Source of the DNA: Candidatus Bathyarchaeota archaeon
GTDB taxonomy: Archaea; Thermoproteota; Bathyarchaeia; Bathyarchaeales; Bathyarchaeaceae
Assembly: GCA_963697165.1 (NCBI GenBank)
Contig: CAVOMX010000016.1
Coordinates: forward strand, 1 to 57,240
Reading direction: 5' to 3'
Length of the DNA: 57,240 nucleotides
The notes under the pieces are model-generated. The model was not told the origin of the DNA. It ran no database searches and worked only from the letters and a program-made list of their open reading frames with translations. The position numbers were made by a program, and so were the translations under genes. Shown piece by piece: positions 22,603 to 33,228 of the stretch (position 1 is the first letter of the stretch; every line of letters starts with the position of its first letter).

Positions 22603-22947
22603 ATGGTGAAAGAAAACAAAACAGAGAATGTTGAGGCTGTTTCTGCTAAACCCGTAAGGCTTGCTGATTTGATTGATTATCAAGAGGGCTCAGTGGTTAG
22701 CCGAACAATAGTTGACAAGGAGGCTGGAACTGTTACCCTGTTCGCTTTTGATGAGGGTCAGGGATTGAGTGAGCACACTGCGCCCTTCGATGCTCTGGTT
22801 TACAATTTGGATGGCGAAGTTGAAGTAACCATATCTGGAAAAGCGGTTCAGCTGAAGAAAGGAGAAATGGTGATAATGCCCGCCAACAAGCCCCACGCGC
22901 TGAAGGCAACTAAACGGTTCAAGATGCTTCTGACAATGATAAAATAA
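22603..22947 (+). CDS. Cupin domain protein
   Basis: FAFDEGQGLSEHTAPFDA...MPANKPHAL. Confidence 0.9.
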   Translation: MVKENKTENVEAVSAKPVRLADLIDYQEGSVVSRTIVDKEAGTVTLFAFDEGQGLSEHTAPFDALVYNLDGEVEVTISGKAVQLKKGEMVIMPANKPHALKATKRFKMLLTMIK

Positions 22948-23161
22948 TCTTAATATTTTCATTTTAGAAAAAGTAAAGAGAACAAGGGATTTTCTGAGAC
23001 GTAACTTTGGGAAAACAGTTTGTTAAAAGTCGAGAGATGAAAACCACTGACCGCTTTAATATTAGTGGATTCTTCACCATTCCCATAGTTAAACATCTTT
23101 TCAGCCCCTCATTCTCAATTAACTTGTTTACTCCCAAAAAAAAGGGAGGGAAAATTTTGGT

Positions 23162-25792
23162 TTATTTTCGCTTTCTGAGTACCAAGTATGCCGACTGCGG
23201 CTACGACTGCAACAGCGACTACAGCTATTGCTATGGCTACTTCAGTGCTGATTAGTGGTGTGTTTCGGTTGCGGTTCTATTTGATCTCTTCAGGTGAAGC
23301 TGCTGGACCGACGGTAACGAAGGTTGATGCTCCCGAGCTGCCATATGAATCGTCTCCTGGAAATGAGGCAACAATCTCATAGGTTCCTTCTGCTGTTGGA
23401 GTCCACGCAAAACCGAAAGTGCCATAGTAGCCGCTGGTTGTTGTTGTGCCAATGTCTACACACTCTGAGCCGTCTGAACTTAATAGCCGTCAAAGTAACA
23501 GGAACACCAGTCAATTGTTTCGTTACCCCAAAGTCCATCTATAGGTTGCTGGAAATGCAAATACTCCATTTGTGTAGCCATTGATTCTTTGGATACGCAA
23601 GGAGTGCCTGGCTGAGCTGGAGACATATCAAGCACTGTGCCCTTTATTGTCAATAGCTGTTCCTTTTGGTACTGCAACATCAGGTGCTGTAACTGTTGTG
23701 GCGCTTTTGCCTTTGCCGAAAACGTAAGTGTATCCATCATAATCGCAGTCAGCTGTTAAGTATACCATCTGCTATATGCACCAGGAGTCATCTGCGAAGT
23801 TATATTCCATATTCCTTCACCTGTGAGTGCGTCAATGCAGTGTAGTCCCCAACCTCTTGTATATAGGTTGAGTTGGTGTGTGTTCATCGTTTTCGCCAAA
23901 ATACCTTTCCGTCAGCAATTTGGACTCCTACCGTTCCAAGAGTATACTGTAACGCCATTTTCGTCAACGTATGGAGTTTCGTACTGGCTTAGAGCTATTT
24001 GCTTATACTTCCATACTATTGCACCTGTATCCCAGTCAAAGGCGTAAACTCCACCATAACCTCCTCGATAGAACATTCCATAAGCAGAAGCTATGTTGTA
24101 AGCGCCAAATCCTGGTTCATCCCATGGATAATCCATTGTTTCAGATTTGGTAAAGGAAATGCTCCTGTTCTTGAATTATAGAAGTTGAAGTATCCTTTTC
24201 GCATTAGTATGTGCAACTTTTCCGTTTTCTGCGATGTGACAAGATTGACTGTATGGCATCTGAGCAGCACTGTAAGGTTCGTCGTCATATGTGTTGTTGT
24301 ATAGCCATTGCACCTGTTAGTAGATCGGCTGCAATCACTCGGAATCCATGTCGTATTCCTGTTGCACCATCGATTGTAATGTCTACGTATGGAAATCCGC
24401 TTATTGGTTTCAAACCATTAGGATCCCATGCGTTTGTTTCTCTAAATACAAAACATACCATTGCATTGTAATCACGTGACTGACCTAAGGTGTCCATTGG
24501 AAAGCTTATGTTACTTACCACTCTGGAAGCGAAATTGTTGCTAGTTCCAAAAGTAGTCCAGTTGATTAAACGGAAGATTTTGTCTTCATCGCTAATTACT
24601 TGTGTACTCAAAACGTAACCGTTTCGATAGTATTCAGTGGACCTAAATGCATGGAATTTCGCGGTCTAAAGTCATATCTCCTGTTGCCTGGATTGAATTT
24701 TTGGAGTCTATTGCCTCCTATGCGTAAGAGACTTACAGTAACACCTACTGATGCTTCTGCGCCAGGAACTGATTCTGAACCTTCCTGATATTCAATGTAT
24801 GAGGGAGCAGATACATCTGTCCTTTCCCAATAGACTTTACCAGTACGAAGATCGGTACAAGTCCATACGCTCTGAGTTTCTCCAGCATACACTCTTGTTT
24901 TTGAGTCGTAGCATCTTCCAGCATAGATTATGCTTGGAGTATTGCCCCCTTGAGTCTGGGATTTGGCGCCGTAGTCTCCTCCCATGATTCCTGCTATGTT
25001 TTCTAGTCGTCTCCATACTACGTGAGCATGTTTCGGGTGCTTGGACGTAAGGAGTGAACATTTGACGAGAGTTCCATACTGTGTTGGTGTCTGCAGGCCA
25101 ATTAGCACCTCCTTCGCTGGGTCCATCGCCATGGATAGTTGCCTAGAATTGGATACCAATGTCTGTTTTCTGGCGATACAGGTCTTGTCCAATAGTCTGT
25201 GGGAAGTCCAGGTTCAGGCCAGGAATAGACTATGTCTTCTTGTACCGTAAGTGTTTGCCATTCAGTAGAATCGGGCAGATAGTAAACTGATTTTGTGTAT
25301 TCTTCTACATACCCTTCTCGACCTCCGGATGGTACTCTATATTCTCCTGGTGGGAAGTAACCTCCTAGGAAACTCAAATTTGATTTTCCATTCACCAATT
25401 TGGTTTGCGATGTATTCGAACCATGCTGTGCCGTCTGCTGGATAAGAATCAATTAACAACTACTTCGGTGGATCCGTCAGGTCTCATTAATGATACTTTA
25501 TAGTCTCTCAAGACTCGGGCATATGAAGGTCCAGGATCATTCCACAGGTTAACCAAGAATATCTGATTGACTCCAACTGGATTTGGTCTAAAACTTAGAT
25601 AGATGTCGGTCTTAATCGTTACGTCGGGAGTAACTCCAGCAGGAAGCGGTACCGAACGGGTATCTTCATCTACAGTATGCGTTCCTTGAGCGTTGAACTA
25701 GTAACATTAGTCATCAGCGTAAAGGCAGAAATTATTAACAAAGCTGAAATGATTGTTGCTGTTAGTTTTGTTTTGTTTTTTGATTTTTGCAT
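23162..25792 (-). pseudogene. Large secreted PQQ-like beta-propeller surface protein, heavily frameshifted
   Basis: Signal peptide MQKSKNKTKLTATII; YGGVYAFDWDTGAIVWKY; GTVLDMSPAQPGTPCVSKESM; C-terminal TM ending YLVLRKRK*; numerous frame breaks. Confidence 0.75.
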
Positions 25793-26250
25793 TTTTTTCA
25801 TCCTTTTTTCATTTTTCATTTTTTATTGTTTTTAGGAAAAAGAATTAAGCAAAAAAGCTTGTTCTTTCCCCATAGAATGATCTCTTGTATCAAAGTAGTA
25901 TTTAACATTAAGAGTGTCAGCCCCTGACTGACAATTTATGAATCATTAATGTATTTCTAAACAAATGTAGGATTGCAGGAAGCACAATTGAGCTTAACAG
26001 TACATTTGTCATTAGTGTAAAGGCAGAAATTATTAACAATGCTAAAATAATTGTTGCTGTTAATTTTGTTTTGTTTATTGATTTTTTCATTTTTTCACCT
26101 TTTTACATTTTTTTATTGTTTTTTGGGAAAAAGAATTAAGCTGAAAATGCTAACTCAGTCCCCATAGAATATTATTTTGTAACAAAACATATTTAATACT
26201 AAGTTTGCCACCCCCTGACTGACAACTTATGAATCATAAATACCTTCTAA
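25704..26250. repeat. Tandem ~255-bp diverged direct repeat (25704..25960 and 26002..26250) covering promoter, leader and signal-peptide start
   Basis: Shared gtaaaggcagaaattattaaca, ggaaaaagaattaagc, cccatagaat and cccctgactgacaa.ttatgaatcat blocks. Confidence 0.85.
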
Positions 26251-26596
26251 ATTAGAGGGTAATAAACAAATTTTGAAGGCAAAGTTTTCGAGGCTGGTAT
26301 TTTCTTACTGATTAGAAAAGATAGGTCTGGCTAAATATAAGGCGGGTTACAACCAACATACCTTTTCATCGTGAAAAGCTTCCAGAAACTTCATTTTCCC
26401 ACGAAGAGTCATTGAATATAAGTTGCAATAACAGTGCAATTTACGATTATTTTAATAAAAATTAGGCACTAACTCTTTAGTAAACTCTTACTAACAATGA
26501 TCAGACAATAAACTTCATTTTGTCAAATAGCTACTGCAATAATAATCAATAGTCTAATCTGCTGTTTCTAAGATTCAGTTTAATTGAATGGAAATA

Positions 26597-26830
26597 TTAC
26601 TGAACTACTTCAACTTTCTTAATTTCTGGCACTTTTTTCTTTATGCAGTTTACGACGCCCCATTGTAAAGTCATAGCTGACATTGGGCATCCATTGCATG
26701 CACCCTTAAGTTTCACTTTTGCTATGCCATTCTCTACGTCTACAAGTTCTATGTCTCCGCCGTCCGCCTGCAACTGGGGTCTAACTTCTTCAATGCATTG
26801 TGCTACCTGTTCTTTGATTGTCTTTGTCAT
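26597..26830 (-). CDS. NifU/Nfu family Fe-S cluster carrier
   Basis: VRPQLQADGGDIELV...LKGACNGCPMS. Confidence 0.92.
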   Translation of the reverse strand: MTKTIKEQVAQCIEEVRPQLQADGGDIELVDVENGIAKVKLKGACNGCPMSAMTLQWGVVNCIKKKVPEIKKVEVVQ

Positions 26831-26886
26831 GTAAATTACCCTACATAGACAAGTGACCGCTGAATCTAATAAAGTTGATGTGATAA

Positions 26887-27120
26887 TTAGAGCCTCTTCA
26901 GGGATATTCTGTATGCTATAGCTCCTATGATGAACAGAATCAGACCTGAAGCAGTCAAGTAGAGGATTTCTCGCATAATGGCATCAAAGGGCAAGTTTCT
27001 TGTCATTATAGTCCTTTCATAGTATTAACCAGTTTTTTGAGTGGAAGAACTTCACCAAATACTCGGGCAGCTTCTGGCATCATTTCGAGAGGAAAGAATG
27101 CACCGATGAAGAACTAGATT
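26887..27120 (-). pseudogene. ABC-2 type permease C-terminal remnant
   Basis: FIGAFFPLEMMPEAARVFGEVLPL...IMTRNLPFDAIMREILYL...SLKRL*; no N-terminus. Confidence 0.6.
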
Positions 27121-27353
27121 GTATCGTTCTCCTTTTTCGGGAATCTGGAATGTTTGATTGCACTTGATGTTTTCCTATTAGGTCAGACCAGAAAGTGTGA
27201 CTAAATGGTAATTTTAGTAAATGTAGCTTATGCAAATACACTTTTGATGCTTCGTGAAAAAGTTCAATGGCTTGCAAAGATTTTTTTTCAGTTGCAAACA
27301 CCGAACATATTAATAATCTGGATGGTCGATACTTTTTTGGGAACGTGTTAAAG

Positions 27354-27899
27354 ATGAGTGCGGGCAAAATTAGGGGAAAAATTTTGTTGGATTTGTGGGT
27401 TGCTGGAAACCCAATCACCCTACAAGCATTAGCCGAAAAAATTGGATTAGACCCTTCATCGACAAGGGGCTACTTGTTAGGGCTCATAAAGGCAAAATAT
27501 GTTTCTGTTCCCCAGAAACACTACTGCGCCATAACTAATCAGGGCAAAGAAGCAATAGGGCTACCGCAAGTAGACAAGAACTTAGCCCTGAAAATTCTGA
27601 GTCCCCTACCCATTGGAAAAAGCCTTCCACTTCTACTATGATATTGACCAGCATTCGGGCGTTCACGCTGACAGCCTCAAAGATTTTGTTGACAAAATCC
27701 AAACCGTCGACTTGAAGTCCATCGAATTTCATATTCCACGAAAAGACTTTGAATGTTGGGTCAGTTCACTTGGCGACATAGAATTATCCAAGAAACTGGG
27801 ACTGCTACGAATGCAAACCTGTCTGGAGAAAACCTCCGAAAAGAACTCTACGAAACCGTAAATTCTAGATGCGAAGAACTGAAGAAGCTCACAGTCTAA
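27354..27899 (+). CDS. wHTH plus DUF5752-like fusion protein (frameshifted)
   Basis: N-terminal LQALAEKIG...YLLGLIKAKYV...ITNQGKEA; C-terminal AFHFY...ADSLKDFVDKI...SIEFHIPRKDFECWV. Confidence 0.75.
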
Positions 27900-27997
27900 A
27901 GCCACGAAATACTGAAGAAAAATTCAAAAGCACTCAATCTACTACAAATTGAGCACACATCTTATCAGAGCCAATCTCCAAAAGGAGGAAACCTGAA

Positions 27998-28850
27998 ATG
28001 AAAATCATATTCTCCGAAAAATGTCTCGAGTACAACTGGCCTGGACACATAGAAAGACCAGAAAGAGTTAGACAAGCCCTTGGAATACTCAGAGAAAGAC
28101 ACGATTTTTTGGAGCCTGAACCAGCTTCACGGGAAGACCTGCTGACTGTTCACAGCAGAGAATACGTTGACAGGATCAAAAATGCGGAATCCGGAAGCTA
28201 TCTGGACGGGGACACGCCTGCGCCTCGAAACATCTACGAATATGCCCTGCTTTCTGCCGGCGCAGCAATACTGGCTGCAAAAGAAAAAGTTTTTTCGTTC
28301 ATGAGACCTCCGGGTCATCACGCGGGCAGAAACGGCAGAGCCATGGGAGCATCAACCTTGGGCTTCTGCTACTTCAACAACATCGCCATAGCAGTCAAAA
28401 AACTGGACCAGTCAACCTTGATTCTGGACATTGACGGGCATCATGGAAACGGGACTCAGGAGATTTTTCAAGGACGACCCAAAGGTCTCATTTATCTCAT
28501 TGCACAGGCACCCGACATACCCGGGAACTGGTCTGGTTTCTCAGGGCAACTGCCTAAATTTTCCTTTACCCTACTCTGCTGGGGACTCTTTGTATCTGAA
28601 GACGTTAGAGAAGGCGTTGAGCCAAGTTGAAATCTCTAACATTGATGTAGTTGCTATTTCAGCGGGTTTCGATGCTCACCAAGGAGACTTGGCTTCATTG
28701 GGCTTGACCTCTAATTGTTACCGAGAGATTGGACGAATAGTAGGAGCACTGAAAAAGCCAGTTTTTGGCGTGCTGGAAGGCGGCTACATAGGCGAATACG
28801 TCGGCAGAGACACCCACGAACTAATCACAGGCATACAAGAAACCCAATAA
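27998..28850 (+). CDS. Histone deacetylase/AcuC family amidohydrolase (frameshifted)
   Basis: HIERPER, RPPGHHA, GFCYFNN, DIDGHHGNGTQ, SAGFD, LEGGY. Confidence 0.93.
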
Positions 28851-29386
28851 CTAATCTCGCGCATTCATATTAGAGAGCTACGTTCTAAACTCAGACTTTC
28901 TTTGTCTCCCGATTTTGTGCGTTTAAAACGCAAGTGTGCGGAGATTGTTTTGTGTGCCCATTTCTTTCACCAAAAAAGTCCAAAAAACGTCTCTTTTTTG
29001 ATTATTTAAGCGTTGCGAAACAGCTTTTTCAAATATTCCATCCATTTGTGATTAGTTTTGGAGTTTCCTTCATAAAATCTATATAGAAAGCTATTGCTGA
29101 CAGATTTCTAATATTTGAATTTGAACGATTTACGAAAAAATTAGACTATGCTATATGAATATAAAACTAGAACCAAAATCAGAATTATTATAACACAACA
29201 AACTTCGAATTTCCAATTTGTAGGATATATTTTCAGTTCCATTTAATTCCCTCCCAAACATAAACGAAAATCTGGACATATTACGGTCTCTAAATGCTAT
29301 ATGATAAGAAGTTTATGAATGGAGAATCTTTTAAAAAAAGAGTTTGAATCGTCTAAAACTGTTTGTAACCTAAATTTTTTGAGGAA

Positions 29387-29464
29387 TGGTGGGGTCGCCC
29401 GGATTTGAACCGGAGTCCCGAGAGTCCAAGTCTCAGAGCCTGGACCATGCTAGCCGACGACCCC
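29387..29464 (-). tRNA. tRNA-Pro(UGG), CCA encoded, no intron
   Basis: GGGGTCG/CGACCCC acceptor stem, TGAGA-CTTGGAC-TCTCG anticodon arm, GTTCAAATC T-loop, ACCA end. Confidence 0.9.
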
Positions 29465-29547
29465 TCTCTCTGTAACAACAGAAAAACAGATTTCACAATC
29501 CAGTAAGATTATGATGAACACAAATTCACTATACTCAAGAGGAGTAT

Positions 29548-31514
29548 TTTCAGAGAAAATTTTGTCAAGAATGTGGAACCTTTCTAAGTCCAAGAGTTGA
29601 ATATATCTCAAAAAATAAAAAGAACTTTGCATTCATCTAAAATCCTTCGCCCACAAAAACAATATGCAGATTTTTTTAAAACCCAGCCTTCCAAACCCAA
29701 ATCACAATCCTACAAAAATGATGACGAGATACTACAAGAAAGTGACAATCTAGGTTTGGTAAGTTATTCAGACCCAAGAAACATTAGGAGCCTAATTCAG
29801 GAAAAACATTTCTCCTCCTTTGAACGCTTCAAATTGAATTTGATAGCCCAAGAAATCAAATTAAATCGAGGCTTCGACAAACTTATAGCATTAGACATTA
29901 TTCGCACAAAAATAAATGCGCACCCTTACCAAATGGATGTAGCTAAAACTGTTTTACAGGATATGAATTCTAATGCCATTTTAGGAGACGAAGTTGGTTT
30001 AGGAAAAACCATTGAAGCGGGAATAATAATGAAAGAACTCCTGGTTAGGGGGACGATTAATTCTGTTTTAATTGTGGTACCAAAAAGTTTGATGGAACAA
30101 TGGAAAGTTGAGATGAGAGAGAAATTCGGAGAGGATTTCCTAATAGCAAATGATTCCAGTGAAATGGTTGATTTCAATTCGGACAATAGAATTATTTGTT
30201 CTTCTGGTTTGTTCTTACATAGATATAATATAATCAATAAACGAGACTTGGGATCTAGTAATAGTTGACGAAGCGCATAAATATCGAAATACAAAAAGGA
30301 AAGGCAGAAAGTTACTTGCTGAATTATCAAGAAAAAACCTTCTACTCTTAACTGCTACACCTCTTTGTAATAAAATAACCGATCTTTACAGTTTAATTGA
30401 TCTAGTATATCCTGGTCGATTAAGAACCGAAAGCTCCTTCATTTCCAGGTACGCCGCAGATTCAAAATGTCGAGTAGTTAATCAAAATCGAGTAGACCAT
30501 CTAAGAAATATCGTCTCCGAAGTAATGTGCAGAACAAGAAGAATAGACACCAACATTCCTTTCACTAATAGATTCGTCGAATCTAGACGAATAGAAGCGG
30601 AGAATATTGAATATGAATTCATTGAAAAAGCAACACAATATCTAAAAGACATATGTGATAACCGATTCAAGCCAATTGAACAACTCAAAGAAGAAAACCC
30701 TGTTTCTACAGCCAAACGGACAGAAAGCTTAGGCATTCTTATTTTTAGGGCTATTAGTATGCAACAATCACTTTCAAGTTCCCCTTACGCTGCAATTGAA
30801 ATGTTAGAAAAACGCTATAACAACTATCCATCTGAAAGAGAAGCAATTTCAGAGTTAATCAAACTAGCCAAACAGATAGAACCCGCAAAAATCAAACTAT
30901 TGAAAAAAGTTTTAAAAGAAATAAAAAATGAACAGGCAATAATCTTTTGTTTAAGAAGAGCGACAGTAGAAAAAATTAAAAACATTCTCAATGAAGAATT
31001 TGGTCCAGCTGAGATTTATTGGGGAAGCACTACTTTCAGAGAAAGAGAAGAATTACTTGAAAAGTTCAAAGAAGGAAAAATAAAATACTTAGTAGCTACA
31101 GATGCGGCAGCTGAAGGACTCAATTTACAGAACTGTAATGTGCTATTCAATTATGATTTACATTGGAACCCGATGAAAATAGAACAAAGAATTGGACGCG
31201 TTCACAGATTAGGTCAAGAACGTGATGTAACCATCTTCAATTTGAGTATTAAAGACACAATAGATGACTACGTTCTTCATGTACTTTATCAAAAGATCAA
31301 TCTTTTCACCTTAACAATCGGAGGAATGGAGACGATCCTAGCTGAGGTTCAGGAAGGCACTGAAGATATCGAAAAAGCCATTATGGAAATACTCTTGCGT
31401 AGTAAAGATCGAAGAAATATCAAAGAAGAAATAGAAAAGCTTTCAGAAAATATCGCATATGCCCAAAAGAAACAAGAATTAGCCTCACAATTTACCAAAG
31501 GAGTTCTTGGCTAG
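29548..31514 (+). CDS. SNF2-family (YqhH/HepA-like) helicase with N-terminal FCQECG zinc-ribbon start (frameshifted; start approximate)
   Basis: LGDEVGLGKTIEAG, DLVIVDEAH, LLLTATP, ATDAAAEGLNLQ, YDLHWNPMKIEQRIGRVHR. Confidence 0.9.
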
Positions 31515-31516
31515 TA

Positions 31517-33226
31517 ATGAAATATTCCAAAGAACCAATTCATCAACTAATAAGATCCTTTGCAGAAGTTGAAGGCGGCGAAGTTATTGATGTCTGTGAA
31601 GAACACTTTACTATTAAACTTCCTAATCTTCGAGATCCGCTTAAACTCACTTACCAACCTGTTGTTTCCAGAGAAAAGGAAATCGATCTTATAGCCACAG
31701 GCAGTCAAGCTTTGGAGTCGATTATAAAAAAAAGTCTTCAAAAGGGAACTGTTTGTTCCTTGTCTTTAACACTTAAAGAGGATCTCAGTAAGCTTATAAG
31801 AAAATATTTCAAAGATTCAGAATATAGTTGTGATTTTTGTGAAAAGGTCATCATAGGAGAAAAAGAGTTTTCTTTTTGTGTTAAGAATCCACGATGCTAT
31901 CATCAAATTAATAACGCCAAAATTCAATCAATAAAAGTTGTAAAATCTGAGAAAATCCAACTTCTCCAATTTTACTTCTCGGTTTTCTTTAGAAATAAGT
32001 TAAAAAAAACCGAAGAAATAATAAAAATACTTCTTGATCAAACAGGGAAATTATATGATTATGATATTCTTGAAAATGTAGATGCGAATTTTGTCGATTC
32101 TGAGGAAAAAATTGACTTAACATCTTTTGATTCCTTAAAACTTATTGCATATGAGAAATTAGACACCTTATTGAAAAATAAGAAGAATGTTTTTGATATA
32201 GTGCTAAAAAAAGAAATTTCAAACCGATTACACAAAATTGAGGAAAAACTTGAAGAAGAAAAATTACAACAATCTATCTCTAAGAAAGCTCACCTTTTCA
32301 ATGAAGAAAACTGGAAACAAAAAAAGGCTAAAGCTATTGAAAGAGAGGAGCAGTCCCTAGGAACTCGAATTTCTATTAAATTCGTTAATCTATTAATAGT
32401 GACAACAAACAAAATTAATTTCGAGATTGTATTAACAAACAACTCCAAAATAACTTCTTCTTTAATTGTCGGAATTTCTGATAAATTTGAAATTGCTTGC
32501 CCCTCATGTAAAAAAAACTTTGAAACCGGATACGCCACAGCTGATGGGTTCTACCTTTGTGAAGATTGCATTAACCAATCAATAGAAACAGGAAATATAT
32601 ACTCAAACGATTTCCAGTTAAGCCTTGATAATACAACAAAAGAATTCATTGAGATGAATACCGGATTTGTTTGTTCTGTATGTGGAACGTTAAATTCAAG
32701 AAATTTCGAATACAGATGCAACCACGACCAATCACCTATTTGCTATAAATGCTATGACTTTTGCTCAAAATGTGAAAAAATATTTTCATCGCATAATATT
32801 GAGACATGCATGGAATCTGGTAACAAATACTGTAATCAGCACATAGTTCACTGCTATAATTGTGGAAATCCAGTTGGGATCGACCAATACAGGTTATGTA
32901 AAGCATCAGGAAAAAAACTGTGTTCCTGTACCCAATTTCAAAAATGCGATCTATGTGAAAATGAATACTCTTTAGGATCCCTTGAAAACCAGAAATGCCC
33001 TGGGTGCAACAATTTGTCTATTCCAGACGATGAATCATTTGTATTCCCTATTATTAAATTCAATTCGAACTATAAGGGGAAAAAAAATTGGTTAATGGGT
33101 AAGAATGCAAAAAATTTGATAATAATATCTAAGGGAAGATTTTCAGACACATTATTTGTAATAGAAGACGAGAAGGTAATTTCTTCAAGAAAATTGTCAT
33201 TATTCCAAAAAATGAAAGGATATTAA
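31517..33226 (+). CDS. YqhG-like protein with coiled coil and C-terminal multi-CxxC zinc-finger array
   Basis: LKLTYQP...LIATGSQALESII...KG resembles the YqhG N-terminus (from memory); many CxxC/CxxH pairs; 2-bp gap to the helicase. Confidence 0.65.
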   Translation: MKYSKEPIHQLIRSFAEVEGGEVIDVCEEHFTIKLPNLRDPLKLTYQPVVSREKEIDLIATGSQALESIIKKSLQKGTVCSLSLTLKEDLSKLIRKYFKDSEYSCDFCEKVIIGEKEFSFCVKNPRCYHQINNAKIQSIKVVKSEKIQLLQFYFSVFFRNKLKKTEEIIKILLDQTGKLYDYDILENVDANFVDSEEKIDLTSFDSLKLIAYEKLDTLLKNKKNVFDIVLKKEISNRLHKIEEKLEEEKLQQSISKKAHLFNEENWKQKKAKAIEREEQSLGTRISIKFVNLLIVTTNKINFEIVLTNNSKITSSLIVGISDKFEIACPSCKKNFETGYATADGFYLCEDCINQSIETGNIYSNDFQLSLDNTTKEFIEMNTGFVCSVCGTLNSRNFEYRCNHDQSPICYKCYDFCSKCEKIFSSHNIETCMESGNKYCNQHIVHCYNCGNPVGIDQYRLCKASGKKLCSCTQFQKCDLCENEYSLGSLENQKCPGCNNLSIPDDESFVFPIIKFNSNYKGKKNWLMGKNAKNLIIISKGRFSDTLFVIEDEKVISSRKLSLFQKMKGY

Positions 33227-33228
33227 AA

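Noticed and set aside
26330..26580. Possible eroded wHTH gene on the minus strand (YSMTLRGKMKFLEAF)
   Set aside because: Too degraded, with multiple stops, to support a call
28860..29386. att duplication of the tRNA-Pro 3' end bounding the SNF2 island
   Set aside because: No second copy was found in the window, and the island lies on the 5' side of the tRNA
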